The notes under the pieces were generated by a model. That model made no database searches. It was not told the DNA's origin and saw only the letters and a program-made list of their open reading frames with translations. Positions 28,203 through 41,005 of a stretch of 64,000 nt of DNA are shown here, one piece after another. Source of the DNA: Cirrosporium novae-zelandiae (taxonomy: Eukaryota); contig JAPETS010000010.1 of assembly GCA_026023565.1 (NCBI GenBank), forward strand, positions 682,001 through 746,000. Reading direction: 5' to 3'. Both the position numbers and the translations under genes were made by a program. Positions within the stretch are counted from its first letter, which is position 1. Every line of letters begins with the position of its first letter.

Positions 28203-29848
28203 CTCCTAACGAGTTGATGGACTTGGTGTGCCAACCTACCGGGGGCACGTAATCAATATTTTGGATACAGCAGACGTTTCGGTCTGCACACAAAAGCATG
28301 TATGCATAACACTGCTCTATTGGTTTTGAATGTCTGGAGTGGATAATGACTTGTCATGAACTTATGACTTCACGGCCTGGAACTCTTGTGGATCACGGGT
28401 AGGGTTATTTCATGGTGGGAATGTGTGAAGGTTATAATCCAGGAACGGTTTTTGATACGACTGTGCTAATAGAGGCTTCTATTTTGGGCAGACAAACAGT
28501 CTTGGAGGGAAAATTTTGTGATTTTTGGTCCAGGCAGAGGAAGGACCTTTTCCCTTATTTTTGGAGATGAGGTGGCGCATAGCAGAGAAAAGGGTGTTTC
28601 TAATTAGCCAAAAGTGTCTTCCGTTGTCTACTTCGATTCGAAAAGTACTCTTCTCTTTCGTTTCATTATTTGATACCCTCTTCACTTAAGAGGTTAGCGC
28701 TTGTTTTGTTTCTTATGATTCATTTCTTTTATTATTCACTGTATTCATGTACTGGGTGAAGCGGGGTGTGATTAATCTCGGGGAGGGTTTGGACATTCAC
28801 AATCAAGGGGTACCGGCAAGGGGGAATAGGTCTAATGAATTGAATTGTTTTCAACATTATTGAAGATGGTCTACGTAAATGATATCTCTATTGGAGATTT
28901 GTCTATGTCTATGTCCGGAATCATACTTTGCGGTATAGGATTACGATGGAGTATTTGTAGAAGCAAAGTTAAAAACTCCAGTTGATGACAACACAGACAA
29001 AAAGGAGATTGATGAACAGGCGAAAGCCGGATAGCAAAGCCGATGGATCATGAAAAGCCGAGTGTGTTTCCATATTTACGTAAATGGAATAAGAAAAGAA
29101 ATTTTTCATTAACTATTGTTGTCCTAAATGCCAAGAAGCTTAATGCAACCCACATTTGAAGGAAAAAAAACTACATGGACAATTAATTAAATTAACCGGA
29201 ATACCCAGGTCTTTTTTTTTTCTCGCATCGAGAAGATTCGAGATGTTCTAACTGAAGGGGGAGTGCTCTACCCACGGGATGTGGAAAAATATGAAGGGTA
29301 ACTAGCCCATGTTGGGACTTTTCTCTGGTCCTCGAGTATCGTGGTGGGTTTATTTTAGGAATCACAGATGTTAGTCAGGGTCATCTGTTTTATATCTCAT
29401 CCTCAAGAAGGACGTTTCATCTGGCTTGATTCAAACATTGGGGCTGGGCCTAAAGAGGAAACAAGAGGAGGGGTTTGGCGGTGGCTGGTAACCGGCAAGT
29501 AATTAAGGTGAAGGTTTAACACCAAGAAAGGTAGGGGAGGGGCGTTAAATTGTGGCTGCTCACGGGTTGCCTCAGGATGTCTTGCTCGGAGAAGAGTACT
29601 TCTTGGCAAACCGACAAAATGACTTGGCACAGTTTCAACGTGCTACAGCGAAAAAGGAAAGCCAACTTTACTCTACTTGGATCAACACCGGTCTACAACA
29701 GAACCATAGCATTTAGACTTTCGGACACAACCTACTGTTATTAATGGACCTGATGAACCATTGAATATTTAATTAACCATGAATGAATATATTAGTATTT
29801 AAGTTTACCCGACACTTGCAAGACGACGACCAAGGAAAAGTGCGGTGG

Positions 29849-29897
29849 TGAAGAGGTGAAGAGGTGAAGAGGTGAAGAGGTGAAGAGGTGAAGAGGA
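29849..29897. repeat. (TGAAGAGG)n octanucleotide tandem repeat
   Basis: About 6 tandem copies. Confidence 0.9.
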
Positions 29898-31621
29898 GGA
29901 ATTTGTCAGCTGGCGTTTCTTTGTTGCTTGTCTTTTAGAGTCAAGTCAATCTGGATAATTTGCTTTGATTGATCTTTATCTAGGGGGGTGTGCGTTACTT
30001 GACCTCTGTTAATTGTAAGGTTGTTGAGCATTGTCCATGTTCATGCTTTGAACTAAAAGACGCTGGAGTTTCAAAACTTGGGGTTACTTTATCGCTGTTG
30101 GTGGTCTTGCACCCCCGTGGCCTGTCCAGTATTACGAGATGTCAACCTTCATCCCTCCATCCCTCCATCCCTCCATCCCCAGCTTCTGCAACCTGCAGAT
30201 TGATGTATGTCGATCCAACAATAGCAATTCTCAATCATTGGGTGAAAATGGTCACCCTCTGAAGAATTAGCCATCAAAAGAACCTCAAGTCAATCGATAA
30301 AGATGACAGTGATACACAAACAAGCACAATCTCGTATTCGGGCTCGTCAAATCAATAATGAAGCGGCTATCGAGTCAATAAATGTACCAACCAAGTGCAG
30401 AGTAGTGAAATACAAAATACCCTCATCATGGTCAATGCGTCTTTATGGTTAGGTCGCACGTGGGTCTTCCATCTAAGAAAAGAAAATATCCCCCTGTTAA
30501 CCCTTGTGCTTGTTTATTTGGCGGGGAACAAGGAAGAAACAGTTTGAACCAGGAGGTCGAGAGAGAAGTTGGTCCATTCCTCTAAGAATAAACCATATGC
30601 TAACTATGAATGGACAGGGCCCTGTCTCAAGACCGAGGACAAGAGATGGAAGTTGAATAGAAGCATCCGGAAAAGCAGGGTTACTCTGGATGAAAAAGAC
30701 AGGGAATAGAAAGTGATACGGAGAGAAGGTTATGCTACAATTCCCTGTGAGATGTGAGAGGCCCAAGGGACTTCACAGCCACTGTTCATGGAGGTCAGGA
30801 AACATTCAGTTTTGATTCATTCATGCCATGTTCCCCTAATTTATGCATCATTGCTGAATTGGGACTTATGGTTGGGCGTGGGCCAGCGTTCCTGCATTAG
30901 CGACGGAGAAGAAACTTTATTGACTCGAATAACGGCGTTTCATGTGGCCACAACGGCATCCCGGACACTTCCCTTGGCCAAAGAGAGAAACCAAGTCCGA
31001 TGTGTATCGAAACACCATTAACTCCCCATTCAACTCCCATTCATCTACCATTCAACTACCATGGCCCAATGATCCATCAACCTATCCGCTATACCTCTTT
31101 TGACTACGCTTATGGTACACTACCTCAACTCCACCAGCAGCCTTCACCCTTTGGCCTTTGCACATCTAGTTTAGCCACTCTTTGGTCATGATGCAGTCAG
31201 CGGGGAGAAACATAGCGCGTGGAAATCTACCCTTAGAATCAAGAAGCTCTTCACACCTTATCCTCTTTTTGCCGGCCTGTAACAGCTTGATTCCAATTAT
31301 GGGATCCATCACACCATGAATGGTCTGGAGGGGCAGATGTTGTGAGAATGGAACCGCCAACTACAAAACCACCATAGCCACCCATCATCAACCTCTTCTT
31401 CTTGTTCTATTCCTCACGCACTTCCTTCGTTCTATTATTCATTCAGGGTCGTGAGCCAAGATCATTCACTGTTGGTCTCACTTCTCTTTTCCATCGCTTC
31501 CATATCCAGCATTTTTTTCATCCATCGTTATTGTATACTCTCGCTCTACCACGTTAGACTACACTCACTGCAAGCCTAATTGTGAAAATTTATTGCTACT
31601 GTTTATATTTCCCTCGACAAC

Positions 31622-34600
31622 ATGAAGGGCATTCAAGCATCTACTATTTTCGCTCTCGGCGTTGCTGTCCAGCAGGCTGCAGCAACCGTAAGTTTTGAAA
31701 CCTGGGTTGATGGATGAAGCCGATGCTGATATCTCCATAGGGCTGGACCGACTGCTCGAGTTATTCTAACCCTTCAAACACTGACAACGACTGTACTTCG
31801 AGCCAGTCATCCGGATTTTCCTGGAGTGACCTGGACACGGGCTCGTTTACTAGCTATGGCGACTTTGACTTTTCTGGCTTTTCTTGCACTGATGGCTTCA
31901 GCAAGCGAGGTGAATTGACGAAGAAAACAACCTACTCGAAATGCGCTTCCGGAACTGCCTCCACAGATTCTGGAAGCAGCTCTTCGTTCTCATGCGGATC
32001 TGACAGCTCCTTCTCGATTAGCGAGATGTCAATCTATACTGATTTCGATACTGATCTCGAGTTTATCTACGGCATGGCCGACGGTTCAACTTGCAAGCAG
32101 ACATCCAGTTGCTCGTCTGAAGGATCAACTGTTACCAACAGCCAATGTGGTGGTGCTACCTCAGTTTCGTTCAACCTCCCTACCGGTGCATCCGAGAGCA
32201 GCTGTGGCTTTGGGATCCAGAGCATTGGTTTCGACTGTGGAAGTGGAAGTGGCTCCAGCAGTGGGTCAGCTACCGCATCTATTGCTTACCCATCCGCATC
32301 GTATGCCTCATACGGCGGATACAGTGAATCAATTGGTTTCAGTGCTTCCATTGGATACGGTGGCTCCGCTAGCGTTTATGTCTCTGAAAGCGCTTCTGTC
32401 CCAGTATATTCTTCCGTATATTCTGCAGGAACTACTGCTGTTCCTGTCACTGGATCTTCAATGATGGTATCTACTGTCTATCAAACTTCTGTAGTGACAA
32501 TCACAAGCTGTGCAGCTACCGTCACCAACTGCCCAGCCGGCTCAACCATCGAATCTACAACTTTGATTCCAGTTTCGACAACCTTGGTTCCTGTTCCAGC
32601 CAGCTCCGCACCTGCAGTCTCCTCGGCAGTTGCATCTGTTCCAGTTTCTTCAGCGGCTGCATCTGTTCCAGCATCTTCTGCTGCTCCAGTCGCCACTACA
32701 TCTACTTCTGAGGGATATGTTACCGAGATCGTCTATACGACCTTGACCACCTGCCCCGTTGAAGCCACCATGACTTCTGCTGGTTCCACCTTCGTTACCA
32801 CCAGCTCAACTGTTTCTACTGTCGTTGTTACTGCAACTTCAACTATTGGCAGCGTAAGCTTTGCTACCTCTGTGGTTGCATCTTCTGCACCTGCTGCTTC
32901 GGTTCCAGCTTCTAGTGTTGCTGCTCCCGTTTCTTCTGGAGCTGCTGTTACTAGCGCACCCGTCACCTCTGCCGCAGTGTCTTCTTACATCCCTGCCAGC
33001 AGTGGTGTTACCCAGGAGAGTGTTGTAACTGTCGTCACCTTCCAAACCGTCACCACCTGCCCTGTTGCAGCTACTATGACTTCTGCCGGATCTACCTTTG
33101 TTACCAGCACCATGGGTGTTTCTACCATCCAGGTTACTTCAACTTCGGTCATCTGCACCAACTGCGTTGCTCCAAGCGGATATACTGCTCCTTCTTCTCC
33201 AGCTTCATCTGCTGCCGCGGTTGGTTCCTCAGTTGCCCCAGTTAGCTCTTCGCCAGTTGTGGCTTCTTCCGCAGTTGTCACGTCATCTTCTTCTACTGCT
33301 GCAGTAGCCTCTTCCTGCCCATCTCTGTTGCCCAAGTGCATGAAGACCTGGCTCAGCGAACACGCTCCATCTTGCAAGAACAATGCTGATATTTCCTGCC
33401 TTTGCCCCAACAGCAAGTACATTGTTGCCGTTGCTGATTGTGTTCAAGCATGGGGTGGTGACAACGAAGAAATCCAGGCTGCTCTCTCTTACATGGTTGG
33501 TATCTGTGCTGATCACGTTTCTGAGAACCCTGCCATTATCACTGCTTGCCCATCAACCATCACCTTGGTTCCAAACCCTGGCGCTTCCAGCTCTACCGCC
33601 GCTCCAGTTGCATCCTCTGCTGTCTCTTCTGCTCCAGCTGGATCCTCGGCTGCTGCTGTCGGTGAATCATCTGTCGTTGCTCAAGTTTCTACAGTCTATG
33701 CTACTTCCGAGATCACCGTTACCAGCTGCGGACCAGAGGTGACCAACTGCCCAGCCGCATCCACTCAAGTCCAGACCACTGTGGTTCCAGTCTCAACTAC
33801 CATTATCTATAGCTCTGCTGCGATTGTTTCCTCTGCTGTTCCTGCTGGATCTTCTGCTGCTGCCGTCGCTGCCTCTAGCGCTCCTGCTGGATCTTCTGTT
33901 GCCGCAGTTGCTGCTTCTAGTGCTCCCGCTGCCTCTTCTGCTGTCGCAGTTGCTAGTTCAGTTGCCGCTGTTTCGTCTACCGTTGTTGTTGCTGCTACCA
34001 CTTACGTCACCTCGGTTCAATCTACTATTTACGAAACTGCCGTTGTTACCATCACCAGCTGCGGTGCCGAAGTTACCAACTGCCCAGCCAGTTCAACCCA
34101 GATCCAGACCACCGTCAAGGCCGTCTCCTCGACTATCATCCCAGTCACCATCATCAGCTCCGCGACTCCAGTTGCCGCTTCCAGCGCTGCTGCCGTTGAA
34201 TCCGTTGCTGCTTCTTCTGTGGCTGCAGTCGCCACTAGCGCTGTCGCATCTACAGGCCCAGCTTCTGTTGCTGCCGAGACCACAACTGCTAGCGGCTCTA
34301 GCCCCGTGACAACCGTCTCTCTCATCACCACCCTCACTGCATCTTCAACCACCATTGTCATCAGCACCACGGTTAGCGTCCCACAAGTCGCTCTAACCAC
34401 CGTGACCGCTGCTGCTGGTGCCACCTCTACCGCTGAGGTCCAGCTTGTCCAGGGTACCACTGCCGCTCCAGCCAGCGCAGCTTCAACTTCCCTTGCTGCC
34501 GCAACTGGATTCACCAGCTCCGTCGTCTCGAACGCCACTGTTCCTGTTACCGGAACTGCTACTGGAACCGCCGCAACGGCTTCAAGCACCTTTGCTTTCG

Positions 34601-34677
34601 CCGGTGCTGCTGGTAACCTCCGACCTGATGTCATGGTCGGTGGCCTCATTGGTGGTCTCTTGATGCTTGCGCTCTAA
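31622..34677 (+). CDS. GPI-anchored Ser/Thr/Ala-rich cell-wall adhesin with CFEM-like domain (MAD1-like)
   Basis: Signal peptide, intron 31688..31740, Cys-rich N-domain (NTDNDC..GFSWSDL..YGDFDFSGFSC), three TITSC..VTNCP repeats, CFEM-like CPSLLPKC..C.NNADISCLC..C..A.G..GIC, hydrophobic GPI-signal C-terminus. Confidence 0.85.
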
Positions 34678-37278
34678 ATGACGAACATAAACCTAAAACA
34701 ACAAACAATACCCTGAAGGATACACGGTTGTGTGGAGGTAATCGGTAATGGAGGAAGTTTTTGAAAAAGGGAGTCTATGTGTACAATATCCAAAGCTCCC
34801 CGAGAAGGAGAAGAAGGAAAACAACCAAACCAACCTGACTTGATGTGATGAGACAAAGTCTCTTATTTTTTATTTATAACGCATGGTATCACCCACGGTC
34901 CTTACTCGATATCTGAAAAGAAAAATTTTAGCAGCTTTTTGTTTAATTTGAAAAGATACTCATGTACGATATTTTTTTTACTTTATTTTTTGATGGGGAG
35001 GCGGAGTGATTTGAGAAGAGTAAAGAGCTGAAGAAAGCTTTGGATGGATAGGGCAATGAGATGTGAATGACGTCTGCCTGGCCCCTTTGGGAGTGCATGT
35101 TGAGTTCTTTTTTTGTTTTTAATTTTTATATTAAATCAATTAAAGCTCCTTGCTCCTTATTTTATATGGCTGTTATATATCCTATCAGATGAGGCAATTG
35201 AAATCAACCCCAAATGAATTCAAATCAAATCAGAAGTGTTTAAGTAAATTAATTCTAGCCATGTGTGTATATTATATAGATGCATGGTCCATATATATGT
35301 ACGTAAATGTATCCCCAAGTAAATCCGTCACAAGAAAGAAAGAGGGGGCCTAAGGGGGTAGGTGGGGGTTAGAGGATATACGGTTACAGTTACAGTTCGA
35401 GTACTTAAAAGCATAATTATAAAGACTCTACGCATAACGCAAGAGAAAAAAGATACGGGAAAAACGCATCGTCGTCGTCAATAAATAAAGATAAGAAATT
35501 CTTTAACAAAGTAGGGAGAAGATAAAGGATTTTCAAGTTTGTTATAGTATAGTATAGAGAGTACAGTAATTAACTTATAATTTCATGGAGAGGATAAGGG
35601 GTAGGGTAGGGTAGGAGGGTAGGAGTTTTTGGGGAACTGTGTGTGTGTGTGAGAGAGAGAAAGAGAGAGAGTTGGTTTAGTTTGATTTGGGAAGGGGGAT
35701 ATGTTATATAGCCATGCATAATAGAGTAACTCCATTGAGGGGGTCGGGTGGGGTCACTAAGAAAGAAGGATGAGGGGAGTCTTGAGGATGTAGGATGGAG
35801 GATGGAGGATGAAAGATGGGATGCCCTACTAATTACCCAACCACTAACTATACTTTCATTCTAGCTTTTAAAGCCCCTCTGGGGTGAGTGTGAGGTTAGC
35901 GAGAGAAAAGTATTATCTATCTATGAATATATATATATATATATATATATGAGTTCTCCTCTCTCTACAGTAGTGGAATTAGTAAGGAGATCTCATATAC
36001 ATGTATACATACAAACAGCAACCCTACCCAAGAACGGCTAATTAGTCGAAACACCCAGAATACCGCAAGCGAATATGTTAACGCTGATGAGCATGGAAGG
36101 GGTTGTTGTTCAACCCACCCCGGTTAAGGAGAAAGGATTAGAAAGGGGGTAGACTGCCAATTACGTCCTTCCCAGATCTAGATAGCCCCATTCAAGATAA
36201 TTACAGTAGTGCGGTAACACGGCATAAAAGCCACCACCACCAGGACCCGAGAATATGTCGACCCGAAGATAATAGCGCCCGCGCGTGTGTATGTGTGTAT
36301 GTATGTGTGTGTGTGCCGAAAATGGCATGTGCGGGTTCTACTTTCAGGTTGGACTTATATTGCATAGCATAGCATAGCATAACATAGCACAACATGGAAA
36401 CTTTTTTTTTTCTTATTTTTTTTTTATTTTTTTTATTTTATTTTTTTGGGATCGGGTGGGATAGATAGATAGTCTACCTTTTTTCATAGATTTACATTTT
36501 AGGCTTCCCACCCAATGTCCAATGTCCAATGTCTAAATGTGCCGTGATCCTGACTTGGGATATATATCCAAACAAACCCAACTAGACTAGCAAAACTAGT
36601 CTACCTGGACTCGATTTCTACCGAAATGGATGGATGGTATTAGACTAGGACGTCATCTGGGGTAGATCTATCTTAGCGCTCGGGAAGGGGTGTTAGGGTC
36701 CTGCAGGAGGAGGAGGAGGAGGAGGAGAACTGAGAGGGAGGGGGGGTACCTAACCTGCTGTGATTTTGGCAATGGTGGCGGCTTGAGCTCGGCGGTAGAT
36801 TGATAGAACCTTGTATTCTCGCTCGCTTGCGCTATCGATCGTCACCTGGACCTGGACGTCTTGGTCGGTGAAACATCATTTGAGATTCTTCTAACCCGTG
36901 CGTTTTTGGGACTGTGGCGGCGGCTTCTTCTTTGCATCTTATTAAGGAAATAGAGCGAAGAAAGTTAGACTAGAAGCTGATGGGTGGGTTCCATAATATA
37001 AACAACATTGTAAATAAATATCTAGGATGTAGAATGTGAATGGTGGAGTGAGCATCATATCAATCATGATACATATAAAAAAAAATTTAGATATGAGAGG
37101 GCGTTGATGCTATTCAAGTTAGCTAGAAACAATTTTTATTAATTATTTATTAGATTAACGCGTCCTAACATGTCGAAAAAAAAAAACTACCTAGGTACTA
37201 CTATTTGCAGTACTCACTGAATATGGACAGATATGACTCCATGTGAATCTGAGGTCCCAAATACAAATTATTCCACCT

Positions 37279-38451
37279 TTATGCATCGGCATCCCCTTCA
37301 TTCAATAACAAATTCATATGCCTAAGCCCCATTACTCCAAGGCTAGTTTCTACGATCTGAGCCACCTTCCACAACATCCTTCTGCCACTCTTACATGCTC
37401 CGCTTTCGATATGCTGCATGAGGCCGCCGAGGGTCGAGAAGGTCCTCTTACTGTGCTTTTCAATATCTTCGTCTGGATTGGAAAACAATGATAGAGGACA
37501 GTGAAATGTTACAAGGTCGTGGGATAGCGATGTAACATGCGATGCCACATGTCCTGTAAGAGCTGCAAGAGTATCAAGGGGCTCTTGATTTTCCATGCTA
37601 GAATCGGTTGGCCTTGGCAATAGAATTGTCCACGAATTGGATAACTCATCGCATGATTCTTCGTCAATTTCCGACGTAGTAGGAGTGTATATAATACTCC
37701 CGCTTGACATGGAACTGGAACCATCAGAGTTCAAAATCTCCATGCTCTTTTTCATACTTCTAGTTGTAATCGAATGATCGGTGTCTGCGGCATGGACGAG
37801 GCGATGAAGCTCGTTTTTGCTCATCCCTGACTTGCAAGCACCGCTTTCGAGATGGTTTGCTAATGCTGATGGAATTTTGAATCTCTTTTTGCAGTTTTCA
37901 CTTGCAACACATGGGATGTTGCTTGGAGAACAATGTACCAAGGAAGCAAGGTGTTGATCCAATGCTTCTTGGTTTACGAAAAATCGTTCACATTTTTCGC
38001 AGTATGGCTTTGATAGAGATTTATAGTGCTTGCAATCCAAATGTTGCCGGAATATGGTTTCGTCAGCAAAATCTTTATGGCAATCACAACAATAAAATGC
38101 CATTTTCTGGGAGAGCAGCTGTTTACGAAGATTGATGTGCCTGGACGAATTTTGGTGATCGCGGAAGTGCGTTATCGCGTTGAAAATGTGATCACAGACT
38201 TCGCAATAGAGATCCCGATCATTTCTTCCCTTGTGCTCCTGCAGCGATGCTTGATCGACAAATCTTCTCCAGCACTCCCCACAAGGGAGATTGTGAGCAA
38301 CTGGACGATGTTTCTTTGTTATTTCCTTGGTTTTAAAATGTTTGTCACAAAGTGGACAATAGCAGTGCCCTGTGTTCCTTTGATGCTTCTCGAGCTGCAG
38401 ATATGCATTATTGCCATGGAATACTTTAGGGCAGGAATCGCATGGGGGCAT
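37279..38451 (-). CDS. Multi-C2H2 zinc finger protein
   Basis: Repeated CxxC..F.....L..H motifs and two HLESGAC/HIESGAC blocks; single 390-aa ORF. Confidence 0.85.
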   Translation of the reverse strand: MPPCDSCPKVFHGNNAYLQLEKHQRNTGHCYCPLCDKHFKTKEITKKHRPVAHNLPCGECWRRFVDQASLQEHKGRNDRDLYCEVCDHIFNAITHFRDHQNSSRHINLRKQLLSQKMAFYCCDCHKDFADETIFRQHLDCKHYKSLSKPYCEKCERFFVNQEALDQHLASLVHCSPSNIPCVASENCKKRFKIPSALANHLESGACKSGMSKNELHRLVHAADTDHSITTRSMKKSMEILNSDGSSSMSSGSIIYTPTTSEIDEESCDELSNSWTILLPRPTDSSMENQEPLDTLAALTGHVASHVTSLSHDLVTFHCPLSLFSNPDEDIEKHSKRTFSTLGGLMQHIESGACKSGRRMLWKVAQIVETSLGVMGLRHMNLLLNEGDADA

Positions 38452-39554
38452 GGTGAGTAAGTTCGGTGAAAGAAGAAATATAATTAGGCTATAAGTGGGT
38501 TGAAGTCAAGGTTAGAAGAGACCCAGTGCTAGAGCTGGCTAAAATGTTTCTTAAACTCTTTGAGGCTTTGAGATCCTTTGAATAAATAAGGGAGTTTAGG
38601 AATTAGATTGTCAGAGTTTCCAAGAGTTCCCAAAATATTTCTATCATGGCTGGTGTTAGACATGAAAAGCAAGTACTCAAAGGCCGTGCCACGTCGCTAC
38701 GTGGAGGCCAATACAGAAGTGACTGGAATGAAGAAAGCATGAATACGGCCGAGGAAACAGGAAACAATTAACGACTTATTAGATACTGCGGTAAGCTATC
38801 GGGAACCGATGTGAAAGGTGGCACTGGTCGTAAGGCCGCCAAGGGTAAGTCATCATCTTCATTGAGTTTACTTGTGGTATACTCGCGAGGTATAATTAGC
38901 TGACCAGGTAAGACACCTAACCCGCAAACCTGCAAACCAAAAAATAATAACACCATGACAACAACGAATGAACTTGGATAAGTTCTGCCATTGTGTGTGG
39001 AAATATCATTTTTCGTGACTTGATTATTCCACTAGAGGCCGAGCAGTTTCAACATCTTGACTTACAGTACACGAAGCACCAACCAACCCCCCCCCCCCCC
39101 CCCTTGACTTGAAGCTAGAAGATTCTAACAAAATATTCACATTGCATCCAGAGAAGATGAGATTATCAAGATATTACTCGACTTGTCTATTTATTAAGCT
39201 TACTTGTCAAACCGCAGGGGCATGATAATTTTGAGCCAGCAAAACCATACATACACACCCAAGGTGATTCGCAGCCAGTCAACCTATTAAACCCTTCTAA
39301 TGTACGTAGTTCCCTTCTCTCGCATTCGCGCTGCGTAGTGAGCTGCCAGGAGAACTCAGGTCGTTTATATATACATATAATTCCTATCTAACCCCCCCCC
39401 CCCCCCCCGAAGCTACTAAATCAAAATAGTCATATCAAACCGCTAGACTACTCACCCCTTCACCCCCCACGCGTACACAGGAGAATTTAACCAAAGTATA
39501 TATATAAATGACATCCAGGGGGGTACTACGAATCCATCCTGTAGAGCATCTTGA

Positions 39555-39563
39555 CTAACCAAC

Positions 39564-39594
<31 letters not shown>

Positions 39595-39601
39595 CCAACT
39601 A
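39555..39601. repeat. (CTAACCAA)n microsatellite within an SSR-dense intergenic spacer
   Basis: About 5 tandem copies; neighbouring (TATG)n, (ATAC)n, poly-C and poly-A tracts over 39.0-40.9 kb. Confidence 0.85.
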
Positions 39602-41005
39602 CATCTCATCCCATCCACATCATCAGACAACCTTTATACGTAGTCAAAAAAAAAAAATCTTTTAAACTTAGGAACCATAGTATCCAACAGCATTAGACTA
39701 TTTATAATCACTAGACTAAATAAATAAGCTTGCCGTACCGTATATATGTATGTATGTATGTATGTATCTATTCTTATCTAATACATGTTATCGCGGGGCT
39801 TCTTTTTTGTTTCTTCACCTCGGGGAAAACCAATCTTTCATACGGTTGTTCTCGTGAATGTTGGGGGTGTGTGGCTTGGTGGGGGGGGGGTGGCGTTTAT
39901 GGTTAGTTAGTTAGACTAGGTAGTCTAATGGAAGCCATTTTTATTCATCATATTCGTCTACCTTATCTATCTATCTATCCATCTATCTAACTTATCACCT
40001 ATATCTAACTTATCACCTATATATCCCCCGACCCTTTTTTATTCTTTGCTGTTGTGTTCTTTTATTTGTGCTTTATATCTATCTATCCATTTATCCATCC
40101 CCTTCTTAAGTTAGATTATATAAGTATAAGAATCAATGAACCAAATAAATGGGGGGGAGCGGGAAGCGGGGAGCGGATTACTTACCCCCCAACTCCCTCA
40201 ACTCCCTCAACTCCCTTACTCTCTCTTTTTAGTTCAAGTACCTACTGAAGAGTCAAAAGTTAAAAGTTAAAAGTTTATATTTTGTTTGACTTTGACTTTT
40301 AATTAGCTATCTTCCAGCTTCCTTTTTTTTAAAAAAAAAAGAGAAAAAAAAAATAATTATTAGAAGGGGTTAATTTATACCTTTTAAACGACATATCTGT
40401 CTAACTGATAATTAGTTAAGAGAGAGCAAACTTCTATAATTTTCTTCCTTGACTTGACTTGACTCGACTTGCTTTGTTTTTTTTACATATATACATACAT
40501 ACATACATACATACATACATACATACATGCTTGCCTGCTTCCTTGTTTGCGCATCTGGATGATTATCTTTTCCTTAGAAATAAAAATAGGGGAATTTCCT
40601 CCTGACCCCACACACACACTACGGCTAGCCCTAGCTAGGAGACATTGGTTTGGTCTTAGAATCTATCTGGAGGGCGGCCTGACCAAGTCTCCTTGGAAAT
40701 GAACGTTTTGTGTTAAGGATTAATTTAGCTAATTAATTAAACAGCTTAGTCTAACCCCTATTAGACTAAAAGGACGTTGATTACCCGCTAAGTAGTTAAA
40801 GCGAGTAAACCCTATTTAACTCTATAAGCTTGCTGCCCGTAATAGTTTGTGTTGTAATTGTATGGGGGAGTTGAGTCCTCGTGGTTTGTAGATTAGGAGA
40901 GGTGCGTAAAGTGGAGATGGAGCGTGAAATAACAGGTAAATAAACTAAATAATACTAATTTTTATTAAAATTTAAATGAAGGCAGGTATAAATAAAGGCT
41001 TTATG

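Noticed and set aside
32145..34663. Numerous overlapping and antisense ORFs within the adhesin gene (likewise within other genes)
   Set aside because: Shadow ORFs caused by biased Ser/Ala/Thr/Val codon usage; no independent motifs
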